Below, in pieces: positions 61,401 through 64,000 of a stretch of 64,000 nucleotides of DNA. Location: assembly GCA_051294375.1 (NCBI GenBank), contig CM119266.1:8456606-8520605 (forward strand). The letters run 5' to 3'. Within the stretch, counting starts at the first letter, position 1. Each line of letters begins with the position of its first letter. The translations under genes were made by a program, and so were the position numbers. Below the pieces are notes generated by a model, which saw only the letters and a list, made by a program, of their open reading frames with translations, did no database searches and had not been told where the DNA came from. This stretch comes from Paraspadella gotoi (lineage: Eukaryota; Animalia; Chaetognatha).

Positions 61401-64000
61401 CGGTTATGAGATCAGCGGAATCATTGAGGGCGAAGGTTTCCAGTTTTTTAGCGACGGCGGAAAGAATCTTCGATTGGGGATCGGTGTGATAACTGGCAAA
61501 TGGACGGACGAATTTGCAAAAGAAAGAAAGGTACAAAAATAGCGGTAAGTGTCCCGTAAATGAAGACTACTATCCGTAATTTCTGAGCCCCCCTCAGCAG
61601 CAATGCAACGGGTCCTACGCTCGGGGTTTTCCAGGCCCCCAAGGCGGTTTACGGCCGTCCTCACGCTTCCCGGAAGGTAGGTACCATCGGGGATCGATTC
61701 CGGTACCTAATGGTAATGAGCCGATGGTATTACTCAATGTTACTTCAAATGATCCTAAGAACTGGCAAATTTACTAATTGACCTGCCAATTAGAAATACT
61801 AGACCATGGATAAAAACTAAACGTTTACTTACAAAAAAAAATCTGCAGCATTTTTGTTCACAACTCACGCTCACCAGTCTCCATTGGCGCGCCGACTTTT
61901 GCTGTTTGCCACGAAGGAAGTGTCCTCGGTGTCGCCCAACTCCCACGAAATATCTGTTCCGCTCAAATTGACCTGCGAGTTTTGATGCCGATACTTGCGA
62001 TGCTTCTTCTGTTGATGTTTGCGATTGTTGTCATGGTGACGTTGATGATGATCGTCGTCGAGATCGAAAGAGGAATCTCGGGCGTCGATTGTCGCGCTGA
62101 AAGTCATCGATCCCGTCGGGTGAGAGGCAGAGTTGAAGACACTGCTGTGGTAGCCTGTCATAAAAAAATAATAACTTTGATACGAGTTTAAGATAAGTTT
62201 AAAACGAAATACTAGAGACTTCAACCTTTAAAGTTAAACTTCAATATATGTACAGTGTACTAGAAACTTCTGAAAACAAACAAAAGCCAAAAATTGATTT
62301 ACCAGAAGTGAGTGATGTATTCTTTCTCGACAATATTCTTCTCTCCTTTTCCTCTTTTTTAATTTTTTTCCCATTTTTGTTGTTCTCGTCGAAAACATTG
62401 ATGATCAATGACGCCGATTGTGCTTTGTCTGGCTGGAGTTTTGTCGCGTTGTCAAAATCCCAAGACCTCGCAACTTCATTTGATGATTTATTGTTATTAT
62501 TCGCTTTGTCCTTGCTCGAGTCGGGCCGACTGAGTCGCTTATCAAAGGCGTCCCTCGCGGCCAAAAATCGTTTGTTCAATTTGGCCTTTTTTGTCCAGCG
62601 AAACCGTTTAAAGGTCGGGGAGACGGGAGCCGACTTTTCCGCCTTGATATCAAGGGGTCTGAATGAAAACATGAGATTTATTGCTACGTTAAAGTCGGTT
62701 TAAACAGTAAGTGTTCAAAACTACCTGCCCGATAGTCTCTGTTTGTCATTCACTCTTAAATGATCCACTCTGTCCAAGCTTGAAGCTCTTTGTCGAGTTG
62801 CAGCTTCCGGATTAGACGCGACAGACATAGGCGAGATTGCTCTCGAACCAATAGCAGACGCTATCGCAGAACCCGTGGCAGTAATCCCAGAGCTTAATCC
62901 AAACCCGGGCATTCTACTTCCCTGTTTTCTACCGCTTCGAGCAAATTTGTGTCTTTTGAAAGCCGCGGTGCTGTCGAAAGATGCGCTGGCCAGTGGGTCC
63001 GCGGTATTGTCATCTCCAGGACTCTGAGATGTTCCATTAAATCCTGGTTTAGGAGTATTGATGCCGCCGGATCCGCCGCACTCTTCGTTGGTGAGTTCGT
63101 GACGAACGATTCCGCTGAAGATGAGCTCCTCCTTTTCCTCCTCCGCATCTTCAGTGTCTTCGGGGTCATCGTCTCTCGATAGTAGAGTCGTTTCGGTGTT
63201 GCTGCTTCGCTTCCGTCGACGCCATTCGTCTCCCCCTTCCAGGATGATTACGTGGGACTCGTCATCCAAGTCGATAGACCTTTTCCAAGTTGCGGCGGCT
63301 GACGGTCCCGTTTCTTGATCGATACTGGGATAGCAAGATCGCGACAACCGACCGTCACGACGGCCAAAAGATTTTTTCTTGACTTGACTTTTCTTGTGGA
63401 CTTTGACGTCGTCGTCGTCGTGAGATCGTGGGCGTCGTTTGTTGGGACTGTGGTGGACTTTATCTGTGGATTGGTTCTGAAAAAAATATATATATATTTA
63501 CTTGACGATGTCGCTGAACAAACCAGTCATTTTGGAGATAGAATTTAATCAATGTACAACAATTAGTAGGGTACAAGTAATATTTTATTTCTAGTTATAG
63601 GCTATTAAACCTATGAATGAAAATAACAATAAATAAAAATAAACATAAATATAAAATCAATAAAAAATGTTTTGATAAATAAATGTTTTAAAATCTAAAA
63701 CTTAAAATAGTAAAAAAAAAGGAATTTTGTAATTTTCATAAAAACAAAACTCAAAACAAAACAAAAGAAAACTCAAAACGAAACAAAACAAAACGAACCT
63801 TTTGGCTCGGAGTCTTTCTCCCAGTTTCCCATCCGGCCTCATCGCCGGAATCATCAACGTATCCGGAATTCTCGGCGCAGACTCTTCGATCGAGGGGTCG
63901 ATTCTTAGCGGCGCGCCTTCCTCCCGCCTTCTTTCCTTGATGACGACGACGGAGACTCTGGCGGCCGCAGCCACTGGCGCCGTTGATGGAGCAATTGGAG
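60865..64000 (-). CDS. 3' exons of an unidentified gene encoding a low-complexity S/R/D/K-rich region; 5' end lies outside the window
   Basis: Phase-consistent GT-AG chain: >64000-63799 (SNCSING...TPSQK), 63476-62725, 62658-62303, 62154-61875 and 61492-60865 (stop TGA). No domain recognised; the last exon contains indels. Confidence 0.75.

Overview
Draft-quality, AT-rich eukaryotic (animal-like) genomic window with small GC/CpG-rich exons, abundant (CT)n/(AG)n and (GTC)n microsatellites, six N-gaps and many apparent indel errors. The centrepiece is a 14-coding-exon minus-strand gene (30860->16797, about 2,980 aa when spliced by hand) for a giant Roco protein. Its domain order is: low-complexity N-terminus, Cys-containing LRRs, a degenerate P-loop-less ROC-COR unit, a beta-rich segment, 2 MBT repeats, LRRs with an EF-hand-like loop, an intact ROC-COR, two TIR domains (one lacking and one keeping the catalytic Glu), a Cys/His C-terminal domain and a terminal CaaX box (CSIM). 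A perfect RFX X-box lies just upstream. The gene sits antisense inside the ~20-kb first intron of a DUSP22/DUSP15-family phosphatase gene (MGNGMNK at 11952; HCLAGASRS). Also present: an intronless EamA/SLC35G-like transporter, a hAT-like foldback MITE, a 57-bp tandem array of duplicated splice acceptors, two halves of a Tx1/L1-like LINE, and the 3' exons of an unidentified minus-strand gene. The 34.9-61.4 kb region is largely duplicated or inverted and is best read as two haplotypes (an intronic inversion plus a LINE insertion polymorphism) assembled in series. All gene models are manual and no database searches were run.
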